Assembly: GCA_016208225.1 (NCBI GenBank)
Contig: JACQYM010000061.1
Coordinates: 1 to 52,998 of the forward strand
DNA length: 52,998 nucleotides
Reading direction: 5' to 3'
DNA from: Deltaproteobacteria bacterium
GTDB lineage: Bacteria > Desulfobacterota > Desulfobulbia > Desulfobulbales > SURF-16
A program made the position numbers and the translations under genes. Below the pieces are notes generated by a model, which was given only the letters and a program-made list of their open reading frames with translations, did not search any database and was not told where the DNA came from. Below are positions 45,088-52,998 of this stretch, in pieces; positions within the stretch are counted from its first letter, which is position 1; each line of letters opens with the position of its first letter.

Positions 45088-45705
45088 TCAGCCGCGGCCG
45101 TTCTCCCGGTCAAGGAGCTGCTGCAGGTCCGTGGTGCGGTTGATGTTATGAAAGGAGGTCAGATCGCCGGTGACGGCGAGCACCTCCGCCTGGCTCACCT
45201 TGCGGAGTCTGAGCATGTCCAGGGTGAGGCGGATCTTGCCCTGTTTTTCCTGGAGCTGCCTGGTGATGACCGGCAGGCAGCTTGTGCGGTAAACGGCGCA
45301 AAGCGGCTCAGGCCCGGTGTCAAGCCACGGCAGGGCCACGTCCCAGTCGCCGGACAGGCGGCAGAGATGGGCAATCAGTCTGCTGTCGATGCGGGGCATG
45401 TCGCAGCCGGCAACAAAGGCCTGGGTGCCGCCGATGTTGAGCAGGGCCGCGTGAATGCCTGCCAGCGGCCCGCTGTCGGCATGGATGTCGCCGATCATCG
45501 GCCAGCCCAGAAACCGGTAGGTGTCCGGAGAATTGGTCACCAGCAGACGGTGCGGGAAGAGTTTTTCCAGGGTGGACGCCACATGCCGGATGATGGGGGT
45601 GCCATGCAGCAGGGCCAGGGCCTTGTTGCTGCCGAATCGCGAGCTGGCCCCGCCGGCCAGGATAACCCCGGTGGTGTCCTCTGTCTCCAGTGGCCCGGTC
45701 GGCAT
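45088..45705 (-). CDS. mobA: Molybdenum cofactor guanylyltransferase
   Basis: GVILAGGASSRFGSNKALALLHGTPII...; DSGPLAGIHAAL; GCDMP. Confidence 0.85.
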   Translation of the reverse strand: MPTGPLETEDTTGVILAGGASSRFGSNKALALLHGTPIIRHVASTLEKLFPHRLLVTNSPDTYRFLGWPMIGDIHADSGPLAGIHAALLNIGGTQAFVAGCDMPRIDSRLIAHLCRLSGDWDVALPWLDTGPEPLCAVYRTSCLPVITRQLQEKQGKIRLTLDMLRLRKVSQAEVLAVTGDLTSFHNINRTTDLQQLLDRENGRG

Positions 45706-45706
45706 C

Positions 45707-46051
45707 TCAACCCGGCGGCCAGTGCATGGGCCGGCCGCCCAGAATGTGCATGTGAATGTGGAAAACGGACTGACCAGCCTCGGCGCCGTTATTGAAGACG
45801 ACCCGGAAGCCGTCGCCGATGCCGTTTTCCCGGGCCAGTCTGGCGCCGACGCGCATCATCTTGCCGATGAGCTGCTCATCGTCGCTGCCCAGGGCCGCGG
45901 GGCCGGCGATATGCTTTCTGGGGATGACGAGAAAATGTTTGGGGGCCTGGGGCGCAATGTCCCAGAAGGCGAAAACGTCCTCATCCTCATAGATTTTTTT
46001 GCAGGGGATGTGGCCGCTGATGATTTTGCAGAACAGGCAGTTCGGGTCCAT
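45707..46051 (-). CDS. HIT family (histidine triad) protein
   Basis: CLFCKIISGHIPCKKIYEDEDVFAFWDIAPQAPKHFLVIPRKH and the histidine triad VFHIHMHILGG. ATG at 46051. Confidence 0.9.
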   Translation of the reverse strand: MDPNCLFCKIISGHIPCKKIYEDEDVFAFWDIAPQAPKHFLVIPRKHIAGPAALGSDDEQLIGKMMRVGARLARENGIGDGFRVVFNNGAEAGQSVFHIHMHILGGRPMHWPPG

Positions 46052-46226
46052 GAAGGTTCCTCGTTTCTTTGTCAGAGGGATACGTATGTCATTTCCGTAA
46101 AATGTACTGAAGCGAATCGCTGATGTCAATACCTCATCATGGTCCGCGGCGCGGACCTCAAGCCCATGGGCGCGGGGAGATAAAATTTCCCTTTGCACCC
46201 CGCAGCTTTTGCACTATTTTCACCGG

Positions 46227-47546
46227 ATGACCAGAGATATCGTTATTATCAATGCGAAAATCGCCGCACCCGACCCCCCCGGCGGGCTGCTGGCGGACCA
46301 TTATGTCGAAATCGGCGCGGGCCGCATTCAGGCCCTGGGCCCCATGGCCGACTATCCCCATGCGGCCGGCGCCAGGGTCATCGACGCCGCCGGCTCGCTG
46401 GTGATGCCCGGACTGGTCAACTGCCATAATCATGCGGCCATGACCCTTTTCCGTGGTTTGGCGGACGATCTGCCCCTCATGACCTGGCTTGAACAGCACA
46501 TTTTTCCGGCCGAGGCCCGCTTTGTCAGACCGGAGATGGTCTATTGGTGCACCAGGCTGGCGGCGGCGGAAATGATTCTCTCCGGCACCACGACCGTGGC
46601 TGACAGTTATTTTTACGAGGATGAGGCGGCCAGAGCCTTTGTGGAAGCGGGGATGCGCGCGGTCGCGGCCCAGGGCGTCATTGATTTTCCGGCCCCCGGC
46701 GTGCCTGATCCGGCGGAAAACGTGGCGGCCGCGGCCCGTTTTGTCGAGCACTGGCAGGGCGTTGACCTGCTCACGCCGGCTGTGTTCGCCCATTCGCCCT
46801 ATACCTGTTCCAGCCGCACCCTGCTGGGGGCCAAACAACTTGCCAGGGACGCAGGCGTGCCCTTTTTCATCCATCTTGCCGAAACCGGGGCGGAGAAAAA
46901 GCTGCTGGCCGGAAAATGGCAGGGGTCGCCCGCCGCCTATCTGCACAGCCTCGGTCTGCTCGATGGGCAGACGGTCTGTGCCCATGCCGTCTGGCTGGAT
47001 GAGCGGGACATCGCCCTGCTGGCGGCAAGCGGCGCCGGGGTGGTCACCTGTCCGGAGAGCAACATGAAACTGGCTTCCGGCGCTGCGCCGCTTGCCGCGC
47101 TGCGCGCCGCCGGGGTGCGGGTCGGTCTGGGCACGGATGGCTGCGCCAGCAATAATGATCTTGATCTGTTTGGCGAAATGGACACCTGCGCCAAGCTGCA
47201 GAAGGTGCGGGACCTTGACCCGGCTGCGGTCCGGGCGGGCGAGGTGCTGGCCATGGCAACGGCGGAGGGCGCCGGACTGCTGGGGCTGGCCGATGTCGGT
47301 CGGGTGGCCCCGGGCATGCTGGCCGATGTCATCATCATTGACCTGCAGCAGCCGCATCTCACCCCGTTTCATGCAGCGGCTAATCTCGTCTATGCCGCGC
47401 GGGGCGCCGATGTGCAGAGCGTCATCATCAACGGCCGACTCGTCATGGAAAACAGGCGGATATTGACTTTTGACGTGGCTGAAACTATGGAGATGGTGCG
47501 GCGGATGGCGGCGGAGGTGAGGCACTGCAGATCAGGGTCTGCCTGA
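46227..47546 (+). CDS. mtaD: Amidohydrolase, 5-methylthioadenosine/S-adenosylhomocysteine deaminase type
   Basis: VMPGLVNCHNHAAMTLFRGLADDLPLMTWLEQHIFPAE, HLAET, and a GTDG...NNDLD motif. Confidence 0.8.
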   Translation: MTRDIVIINAKIAAPDPPGGLLADHYVEIGAGRIQALGPMADYPHAAGARVIDAAGSLVMPGLVNCHNHAAMTLFRGLADDLPLMTWLEQHIFPAEARFVRPEMVYWCTRLAAAEMILSGTTTVADSYFYEDEAARAFVEAGMRAVAAQGVIDFPAPGVPDPAENVAAAARFVEHWQGVDLLTPAVFAHSPYTCSSRTLLGAKQLARDAGVPFFIHLAETGAEKKLLAGKWQGSPAAYLHSLGLLDGQTVCAHAVWLDERDIALLAASGAGVVTCPESNMKLASGAAPLAALRAAGVRVGLGTDGCASNNDLDLFGEMDTCAKLQKVRDLDPAAVRAGEVLAMATAEGAGLLGLADVGRVAPGMLADVIIIDLQQPHLTPFHAAANLVYAARGADVQSVIINGRLVMENRRILTFDVAETMEMVRRMAAEVRHCRSGSA

Positions 47547-47592
47547 TGGAACGAAAGCGTGCACAGGGGGGCCGCCCTTGCGGCATCAGGGG

Positions 47593-48240
47593 TTATGCGG
47601 CCCAGCCGGCGCTGCCGATCAGGCTGACAAAACGGACCCGTTCGATGTTTTGCCGGGAGAGGACGCCGCCGTTTTTGTTGATCGCCAGCAGGTCCTGGCC
47701 GGCGCGGTCGCCCACCGGGATCACCAGCCGGCCCGGATCAGCCAGCTGTTCCAGCAGCGGGGCGGGAATCTGCGGGCCGGCCGCGGTGACAATAATGGCA
47801 TCGTAGGGGCCGTGTTCCGGCCAGCCGAGGGTGCCGTCATCGATTTTGCAGACGATATTGAGGAGTTTCAGCCGGTCGAAGATGCGGCGGGCCTTGATGT
47901 GCAGACTTTTGATCCGCTCCACCGTATAGACCCGTTCGCAGAGATGGGCCAGAATGGCGCTCTGGTATCCGCAGCCGGTGCCGATTTCCAGCACCTTTTC
48001 GTGGCCCTGCAGCTGCAGGGCCTGGGTCATGAGGGCAACGATATAGGGCTGAGAGATGGTCTGCCCTTCGCCGATGGGCAGCGGAAAATCGCCGTATGCC
48101 TGACTCTGCAGGGCGTCCTCGACAAAGGCGTTCCTGGGCACCGCGGCCATGGCGTCCAGGACGCGCTGGTCGCTGATTCCCCGGGGAATCAGCTGTTCCC
48201 GTATCATTCTGGCACGGGCCAGCTCGTAATTATTCGACAT
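47593..48240 (-). CDS. pcm: Protein-L-isoaspartate O-methyltransferase
   Basis: VPRNAFVEDALQSQAYGDFPLPIGEGQTISQPYIVALMTQAL, VLEIGTGCGYQSAILA. Alternative start codons at 48249 (ATG) and 48261 (TTG). Confidence 0.9.
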   Translation of the reverse strand: MSNNYELARARMIREQLIPRGISDQRVLDAMAAVPRNAFVEDALQSQAYGDFPLPIGEGQTISQPYIVALMTQALQLQGHEKVLEIGTGCGYQSAILAHLCERVYTVERIKSLHIKARRIFDRLKLLNIVCKIDDGTLGWPEHGPYDAIIVTAAGPQIPAPLLEQLADPGRLVIPVGDRAGQDLLAINKNGGVLSRQNIERVRFVSLIGSAGWAA

Positions 48241-48622
48241 GAAAATCATCGTGGCGGGCAATGCCCGATTTCTTGAACTCTTCCACGGTCAACGAGCGGT
48301 ACGCGCAGGTGATGACCTTGTCGCCCTCAAAGCGAACGGTGACCACATCAACATCCTCGGTGCCCAGATTGTCGCCGATATACGGGGTCTTGCGCAGCAG
48401 GCTTTTATTCACCTGGAAATAGATCCAGATTTCGCCGTACTGGTCAACCTGCTGGTCATCAGGCGGCCCCATATAGGCCAGCACCTCCTGTCTGGTGGTG
48501 CCCTGGGTCATCAGGCAGACATCGGAGGCCAGATGGCGGACAGGCCCTTTGAAGAAAGAACAGCCGGACAGGAAAAACAGGCTCAGGCCGAGCAGGAAAA
48601 CGGCAGGGAATCTTGTTCTCAT
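48230..48622 (-). CDS. BamE/SmpA-OmlA-like lipoprotein
   Basis: Lipobox LFFLSGC after MRTRFPAVFLLGLS. GTTRQEVLAYMGPPD resembles the SmpA/OmlA motif. Overlaps the pcm start. Confidence 0.65.
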   Translation of the reverse strand: MRTRFPAVFLLGLSLFFLSGCSFFKGPVRHLASDVCLMTQGTTRQEVLAYMGPPDDQQVDQYGEIWIYFQVNKSLLRKTPYIGDNLGTEDVDVVTVRFEGDKVITCAYRSLTVEEFKKSGIARHDDFHVE

Positions 48623-49051
48623 TTTTTTGATTGTTTGCACGGTTAAGGTTTTCAGTCAGGGGCAAAGGATTACGCTATAAATATACCGAAGGTTCGATTT
48701 TTGCAAGATTTCAAAACGCCAGGCATGGCTGAATATGGCAAAACCATAAAAAATGGGGCCGCCTGACCGGGAATGTCTTGACCTGAACCGGAAGATTATA
48801 ATATTTATTATTTTAACATGCGGAGTTTCTGAAACATTTTTAACGGAAAGCAGATTGCCCGGGCGGAGAGACGCCAGGGCAATAATGCTGCACGGATTTT
48901 TCTGCATTCCTGATGCTTGAAGGTTGATTGCATACTATTTCGGAAAAAAATCGTTGTTTTTCGCGGGTAATCGCCGGAACGCCCGAAAGGTTGCCGGATC
49001 GGGGCAACATCTGAATTTTGTGAGGAACCATTGTAATGCGCTGCCCAAAAT

Positions 49052-49963
49052 GTGGATACATCTCTTTTGACCAGGAAGATACCCTTTTTTCTTGCCTCCG
49101 TAACAGGGCAGGCTGTTCAGCAGGGTCTGGCCACGGAAGAGGTGGAGTTCGATCTGGCGGTGGCTGATGCGAGCCCTGAATCGGATGTGGATATTGAAGC
49201 GGCCGAGTATGACGAAGGCATCCCCATGGTGGATTTGTCCGCTTTTGCCCAGGAAGAGCCGGGAGAGACCGCGGCGGAGGAGGGCATCAGTTTTCCCCTG
49301 CCGGAAGAGCCGGAGGCGGAGACGGCAGGGCTTGAGGTCGGCATGGGCACCGAACAGGGCACCATCGACTTTACCTTTGAGGAAGAGCTTCTGCCGGAAA
49401 ACGCACTGCAGCTTGAGGAGGAGGCCGCTGACGTTGATCTTGCCCTGACTGGTCTCCCCCGGGAAGCTGGCGGGGCACAGCCGGGCGGCATGGAGTACGA
49501 ACCGGGGGCAGAAGAGGAAGCACTGCCGGAACTGGACCTGCAGATGGCCGGTGAGACTGAGGAAGAGGTTGACTTTGATGAAGAGCTGCTGCCGGACCTT
49601 GAGGAGCAGGCTCAGGCTGAGGAGCCAGCTGCCGCAGCAGTGGCAGCTGCTACGGCAGGGTCCGGACTGGACCTGGATATTGATGTTGATCTGGAAGATG
49701 AGCCGTCTGAAGAAGAGCTGGTTTTTAATCTGGAAGACATTGACATGTCCGATCTCGTCATCGATGAATCGGGGGCAGCAAAGGAGAAGGCGGCCCGGCC
49801 CGAAGATACGGCCCTTGATCTGGAGGATTTCCTCAACGAAGGCAAAGGTGATGATGCGGGCATACCCATGGACCTGACCATGGAAGACATTGATCTTGGC
49901 GATGACCGCGACAAGGAAGAAGCGAATAAAAAGTCCGGAGATCTGCCGGATCTCGAACTGTGA
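49052..49963 (+). CDS. Extremely acidic, probably disordered protein; likely true start is the zinc-knuckle ATG at 49036 in another frame
   Basis: 303 aa, very rich in Asp and Glu, with repeated E/D-L-x motifs. Upstream ATG 49036 (MRCPKCGYISFDQEDT, RBS GAGGAA) joins this frame if one T of the T6 run at 49085-49090 is removed. Confidence 0.6.
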   Translation: MDTSLLTRKIPFFLASVTGQAVQQGLATEEVEFDLAVADASPESDVDIEAAEYDEGIPMVDLSAFAQEEPGETAAEEGISFPLPEEPEAETAGLEVGMGTEQGTIDFTFEEELLPENALQLEEEAADVDLALTGLPREAGGAQPGGMEYEPGAEEEALPELDLQMAGETEEEVDFDEELLPDLEEQAQAEEPAAAAVAAATAGSGLDLDIDVDLEDEPSEEELVFNLEDIDMSDLVIDESGAAKEKAARPEDTALDLEDFLNEGKGDDAGIPMDLTMEDIDLGDDRDKEEANKKSGDLPDLEL

Positions 49964-50469
49964 ACGGCGCAGCCATGACAGAGAACGCATTGTCTCCGAC
50001 CGGTTCCGCCGCGCTGGACCAGGGGGAATCAAACGGCAGGGCCGCTGATTTCAGTACTCGCTTCATGGCCCTGCTCATTGACTGGGTTTTCCTCACCTCC
50101 CTGGCCGGCTGCTCCTTTTTTCTCGTTGCCCGCATGGCCATGGCGCCCCCTTCGCCGGATTGGGGGAATCTGTTCCTGCTGCTGGTCACCGGCCTGTTTG
50201 TGCTGCTGATCTGGCCGCTCTTTCTGTCGTCCTTTTATTTTATCGTGCTGCACAGCTACGGCGGGCAGACCCTGGGCAAAGTCTTCATGGGCATAAAGGT
50301 CGTGTCCGAAGATGGCCTGCTGCTGCCGGTCGGCGCTTCCTTTCTGCGGCTGGTCGGTTATCTCCTGTCCATGATGCCGCTGGGGGCCGGTTTTCTGTGG
50401 GCCGCGGTGGATAAGAACCATGCCGCCTGGCACGATAAACTGGCATGCAGCCGGGTCATTTATCTGTAA
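49960..50469 (+). CDS. RDD family membrane protein
   Basis: RFMALLIDWVFL...GQTLGKVFMGIKVVSEDG...WHDKLACSRV (RDD pattern). The GTG at 49960 overlaps the upstream stop (GTGA). An alternative ATG lies at 49975. Confidence 0.8.
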   Translation: MNGAAMTENALSPTGSAALDQGESNGRAADFSTRFMALLIDWVFLTSLAGCSFFLVARMAMAPPSPDWGNLFLLLVTGLFVLLIWPLFLSSFYFIVLHSYGGQTLGKVFMGIKVVSEDGLLLPVGASFLRLVGYLLSMMPLGAGFLWAAVDKNHAAWHDKLACSRVIYL

Positions 50470-50523
50470 CGCCAGAAAAATTTCTTGACAAGGACACGGG
50501 TTTTCGATATTTTCCCCCTTTCT

Positions 50524-50599
<76 letters not shown>

Positions 50600-50605
50600 G
50601 AATAT

Positions 50606-50650
50606 GAAAGGGGCTGCAGCCGCAAAAGCTGCAGCCCCTTTCTTTTATTG
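50606..50650 (+). terminator. Rho-independent terminator after tRNA-Phe
   Basis: GAAAGGGGCTGCAGC (50606-50620), loop CGCAAAA, GCTGCAGCCCCTTTC (50628-50642), followed by TTTTATT. Confidence 0.85.
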
Positions 50651-50810
50651 CTTTATTCCCCTTTCTTGCCGTTGCAACTGCGCATCTTCCAGGGGGTCCT
50701 TGGCAAAGTCGGGTGGTAACTTGACGCCTCCCCCCGCCCCGACCAGCCCCTGTTTCGCGCAGCTTCTTATTGACTTCTGAGTGTCTCCGTTTGATAATGC
50801 TGAAGTGATT

Positions 50811-52998
50811 ATGGAAACCGAAGATCTGCAGCAGGCGTATCTTTTCCAGGGGCTCCCCGCCTCTGAATTGCAGCAGGTTGCCGCGGCAGCCGGGGACGCA
50901 ACCTATGAACCCGGCGAACATATTTATAAAAGGGGAGATAAGGGCGAGACTTTTTACATCATTGCCGCCGGCAAGGTCGAACTGATCATTGAAAAACAAG
51001 ACGGCACCGCCTCTGTGGTCGGCCAGGTGAGCGCCGGCGGCCATTTCGGCGAGGTTTCCCTGCTGACCGGCCATTGCCGGTCCCTCACGGTGCGGGCCCT
51101 TACCAGGGTCCGGCTCTTCTCTTTTGACCGGGAAAAATTTGAAACAGTGCTCCTGGCCAATCCCCTGCTGCATCGGAACCTTGATAAAACTCTGGCCGAA
51201 CGGCTGGTGGCTGCATCCGGCGGCTGGCATGATGCCGATCTCGCCGGCAACTCGCTTGGCGGCTCTTCCCAGACTCTTTTTCCCGCGCCCAGAGCGGCAG
51301 ACCGGGCCGACCGGCAGGCAGCAGCGCCGGGGATCGGCGGCGGGCAGCTGCATGATATCGATCTGGCGAAAAAAATAAGCAAGCAGATCAACCAGTTTGC
51401 CGCCGGGACCAGGCCGTTGATCATCAGCGGTGAGTCCGGCACCGGCCGGCGGCTGGCGGCAAAACAGATCCATCTGCACGGCGCCGGCAAATCAATGCCG
51501 TTTATTGAACTGGACCTCCGCCAGTTTGATCCGTGGATCTGGGAGGACAAGCTTTTCGGTTATGAGCAGGACGCCTTTCCCTATTCCTCGGGCCGGCAGC
51601 TCGGCATCCTGGAGCAGATCAATAACGGCACGGTGGTCCTCTACCATGCCGAGAAACTGAGCAAAGAGCTGCAGCAGAAAATATATGAGGCGGTGACCCG
51701 AGGAAAATTTTCCACCAACGACGGCGGGGTGGAGCAGGTACTGCGCGCCCGTCTGATTCTGATCACCAACGCCCCGCTCGACACCCTGGGTCGGGAATCA
51801 GTTTTTATTCCGGAGTTCGCCGCCCTGTTTGCGGGGCAGCAGTTTCTGCTTCCGCCGCTGCGGCAACACAAGCGGGATATTCTGCCGCTGGTCGAGTATT
51901 ATCTGCAGCGCTACAGTGCCGAGTACAACAAGCGGGTGACGAAAATATCCCAGGACGCCCTCGGCCTGCTGATGAAGTATGACTGGCCCGGCAATCTGAC
52001 CGAGCTCTCCAATGTCATGCAGCGGGCGGTGATGGTGGCCTCGCAGGACGAGATCATCTCCGAGCAGATTTTTCTGGGCCTGCCGCGCACCGAGGGCAAA
52101 CTGGTCTATAACCTGCTGCGGCTGCCATGGGTGCGGGAGCTCATTGAGCACCGGTTCTTCCCTGGGCTCCCCAGGATGGCCATAACCGTTCTCTTTTGCC
52201 TGGTGGTGCTGATTCTTTTCGCCGGGCCGCAGGAAGCGGAGAAAAATCTCGGCATTACCCTGTGCTGGTATATCGGCTGGCCCCTGCTCATGATTTCGTT
52301 CTTTTTTCTGCCCCGCTTCTGGTGCACCCTCTGCGCCCTTTCCGCGCCGGGCAAGTGGCTGCAGAAATTCATCCGGCCCGCCCGCCGCCTGCCGCCGGTG
52401 ATCGCCTCCCATTCAGGCTGGATCATGGCCGTGCTGTGTCTCGTGGTCTTCTGGGTGGAGATCGTCTTCAACGCCTATGAGAGCCCGCGGCTCACGGGAG
52501 CGATCCTGCTCTCCATCAGCAGCGGCGCCCTGCTGTTCAGCGTCATGTTTGAACGATACACCTGGTGCCGCTATGTCTGCCCGCTCGGCGCGCTCAATGC
52601 CGTTTTTTCCATGCCCTCCATTCTCGAGGTGCGCGCCAACCGGCAGATATGCCTCAATCAGTGCCGCGATCATGTCTGCTACCGGGGCACGGCTGGGGCG
52701 CCGGGCTGTCCCATGTTCCGCCACCCGTTCATGGTTGACAACAATAAGGATTGCATCCTGTGCGGCCGCTGCATTAAAAACTGCCGGCTGCGCTCGACGC
52801 AGCTGAATCTGCGTCTGGCGCCGCAGGAACTCTGGTCCATCCAGACCCCGCTGTTGTCCGACAGTTTTCTGATCGTTTCGCTCGGGGCGATTTATTTTCT
52901 GGTGGCGCTGCACCGGCCTTCCCTGGATTTTCTCCACGGGCAGACCGCTCTTCCCCTCACCGGTCTGCACATGGACCCCGCTGTGGCCGGCAGTTTGC
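50811..52998 (+). CDS. cNMP-binding domain / degenerate sigma-54-type AAA+ module / NapH-like membrane 4Fe-4S domain fusion protein (3' partial; absent from ORF track)
   Basis: Hand translation from ATG 50811 stays open to the window end (729 codons).
- cNMP domain: LFQGLPASELQQVAAAAGDATYEPGEHIYKRGDKGETFYIIAAGKVELI...FGEVSLLTG...RSLTVRA.
- AAA+ module: LIISGESGTGRRLAAKQIH, GTVVLYHAEKL, RARLILITN, PLRQHKRDILPLVEYYL, WPGNLTELSNVMQRAV.
- Membrane domain: TM helices with CRYVCPLGALNAVFS, CPMFRHP, CILCGRCIKNC. Confidence 0.85.
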   Translation, partial: METEDLQQAYLFQGLPASELQQVAAAAGDATYEPGEHIYKRGDKGETFYIIAAGKVELIIEKQDGTASVVGQVSAGGHFGEVSLLTGHCRSLTVRALTRVRLFSFDREKFETVLLANPLLHRNLDKTLAERLVAASGGWHDADLAGNSLGGSSQTLFPAPRAADRADRQAAAPGIGGGQLHDIDLAKKISKQINQFAAGTRPLIISGESGTGRRLAAKQIHLHGAGKSMPFIELDLRQFDPWIWEDKLFGYEQDAFPYSSGRQLGILEQINNGTVVLYHAEKLSKELQQKIYEAVTRGKFSTNDGGVEQVLRARLILITNAPLDTLGRESVFIPEFAALFAGQQFLLPPLRQHKRDILPLVEYYLQRYSAEYNKRVTKISQDALGLLMKYDWPGNLTELSNVMQRAVMVASQDEIISEQIFLGLPRTEGKLVYNLLRLPWVRELIEHRFFPGLPRMAITVLFCLVVLILFAGPQEAEKNLGITLCWYIGWPLLMISFFFLPRFWCTLCALSAPGKWLQKFIRPARRLPPVIASHSGWIMAVLCLVVFWVEIVFNAYESPRLTGAILLSISSGALLFSVMFERYTWCRYVCPLGALNAVFSMPSILEVRANRQICLNQCRDHVCYRGTAGAPGCPMFRHPFMVDNNKDCILCGRCIKNCRLRSTQLNLRLAPQELWSIQTPLLSDSFLIVSLGAIYFLVALHRPSLDFLHGQTALPLTGLHMDPAVAGSL

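Noticed and set aside
49081-49092. Programmed ribosomal frameshift at ACC CTT TTT TCT joining the zinc-knuckle start to the acidic ORF
   Set aside because: A +1 shift is needed, but there is no rare or stop codon in the A site and no X XXY YYZ heptamer in the zero frame. I saw no obvious downstream stimulatory structure. An indel in the T6 run is the simpler explanation.

Overview
GC-rich (roughly 55-60% by eye) chromosomal segment. Its gene content suggests a Desulfobacterota-type anaerobe: cytochrome bd, sigma-54 machinery, a PEP-CTERM protein and many c-di-GMP/cNMP signalling genes. That taxon is an inference only.

Most of the window from 4.7 kb onward is housekeeping or signalling genes I can name from motifs:
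- Housekeeping: cydAB, pilD, radA, rpsU, xerD, ddl, serS, mobA, mtaD, pcm.
- RNA genes: 2 tRNA-Ser and tRNA-Phe.
- Signalling: HDOD x2, PilZ, HD-GYP, and an FHA / Ser-Thr kinase / PP2C / cyclase cluster.

The left 4.7 kb is accessory DNA. A 5'-partial IS1182-like transposase with an in-frame stop is followed by an AT-rich array of three gene cassettes:
- a signal-peptidase-I homolog whose two conserved Ser residues are Ala;
- higBA with its own promoter and operator;
- a UPF0158 protein.
The cassettes are separated by attC-like imperfect palindromes. The 7-mer that opens each of the first two cassettes is the exact reverse complement of the first 7-mer of that cassette's downstream palindrome. 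I read this as an integron cassette array (or a CALIN) whose integrase would lie upstream of the window.

The second main finding is a long + strand ORF, 50811 to the window end, that is absent from the supplied ORF track because it has no stop. It fuses a cNMP-binding domain, a degenerate sigma-54-type AAA+ module and a NapH-like membrane 4Fe-4S domain.

Other observations:
- two MITE-like repeats in inverted orientation bracket a 4-gene block;
- a REP-like nested palindrome lies next to a truncated DUF4143 ATPase gene;
- a second ~100-nt structured repeat family has two copies;
- two small unlisted ORFs: a CydX-like one after cydB, and a CxxC protein before a polyferredoxin gene;
- several frame disruptions (G7, T6, two overlap cases) could be real pseudogenisation or homopolymer assembly errors.

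I saw no CRISPR array, rRNA or prophage structural genes. Everything rests on reading translated motifs and DNA symmetry by eye; no database search was run.
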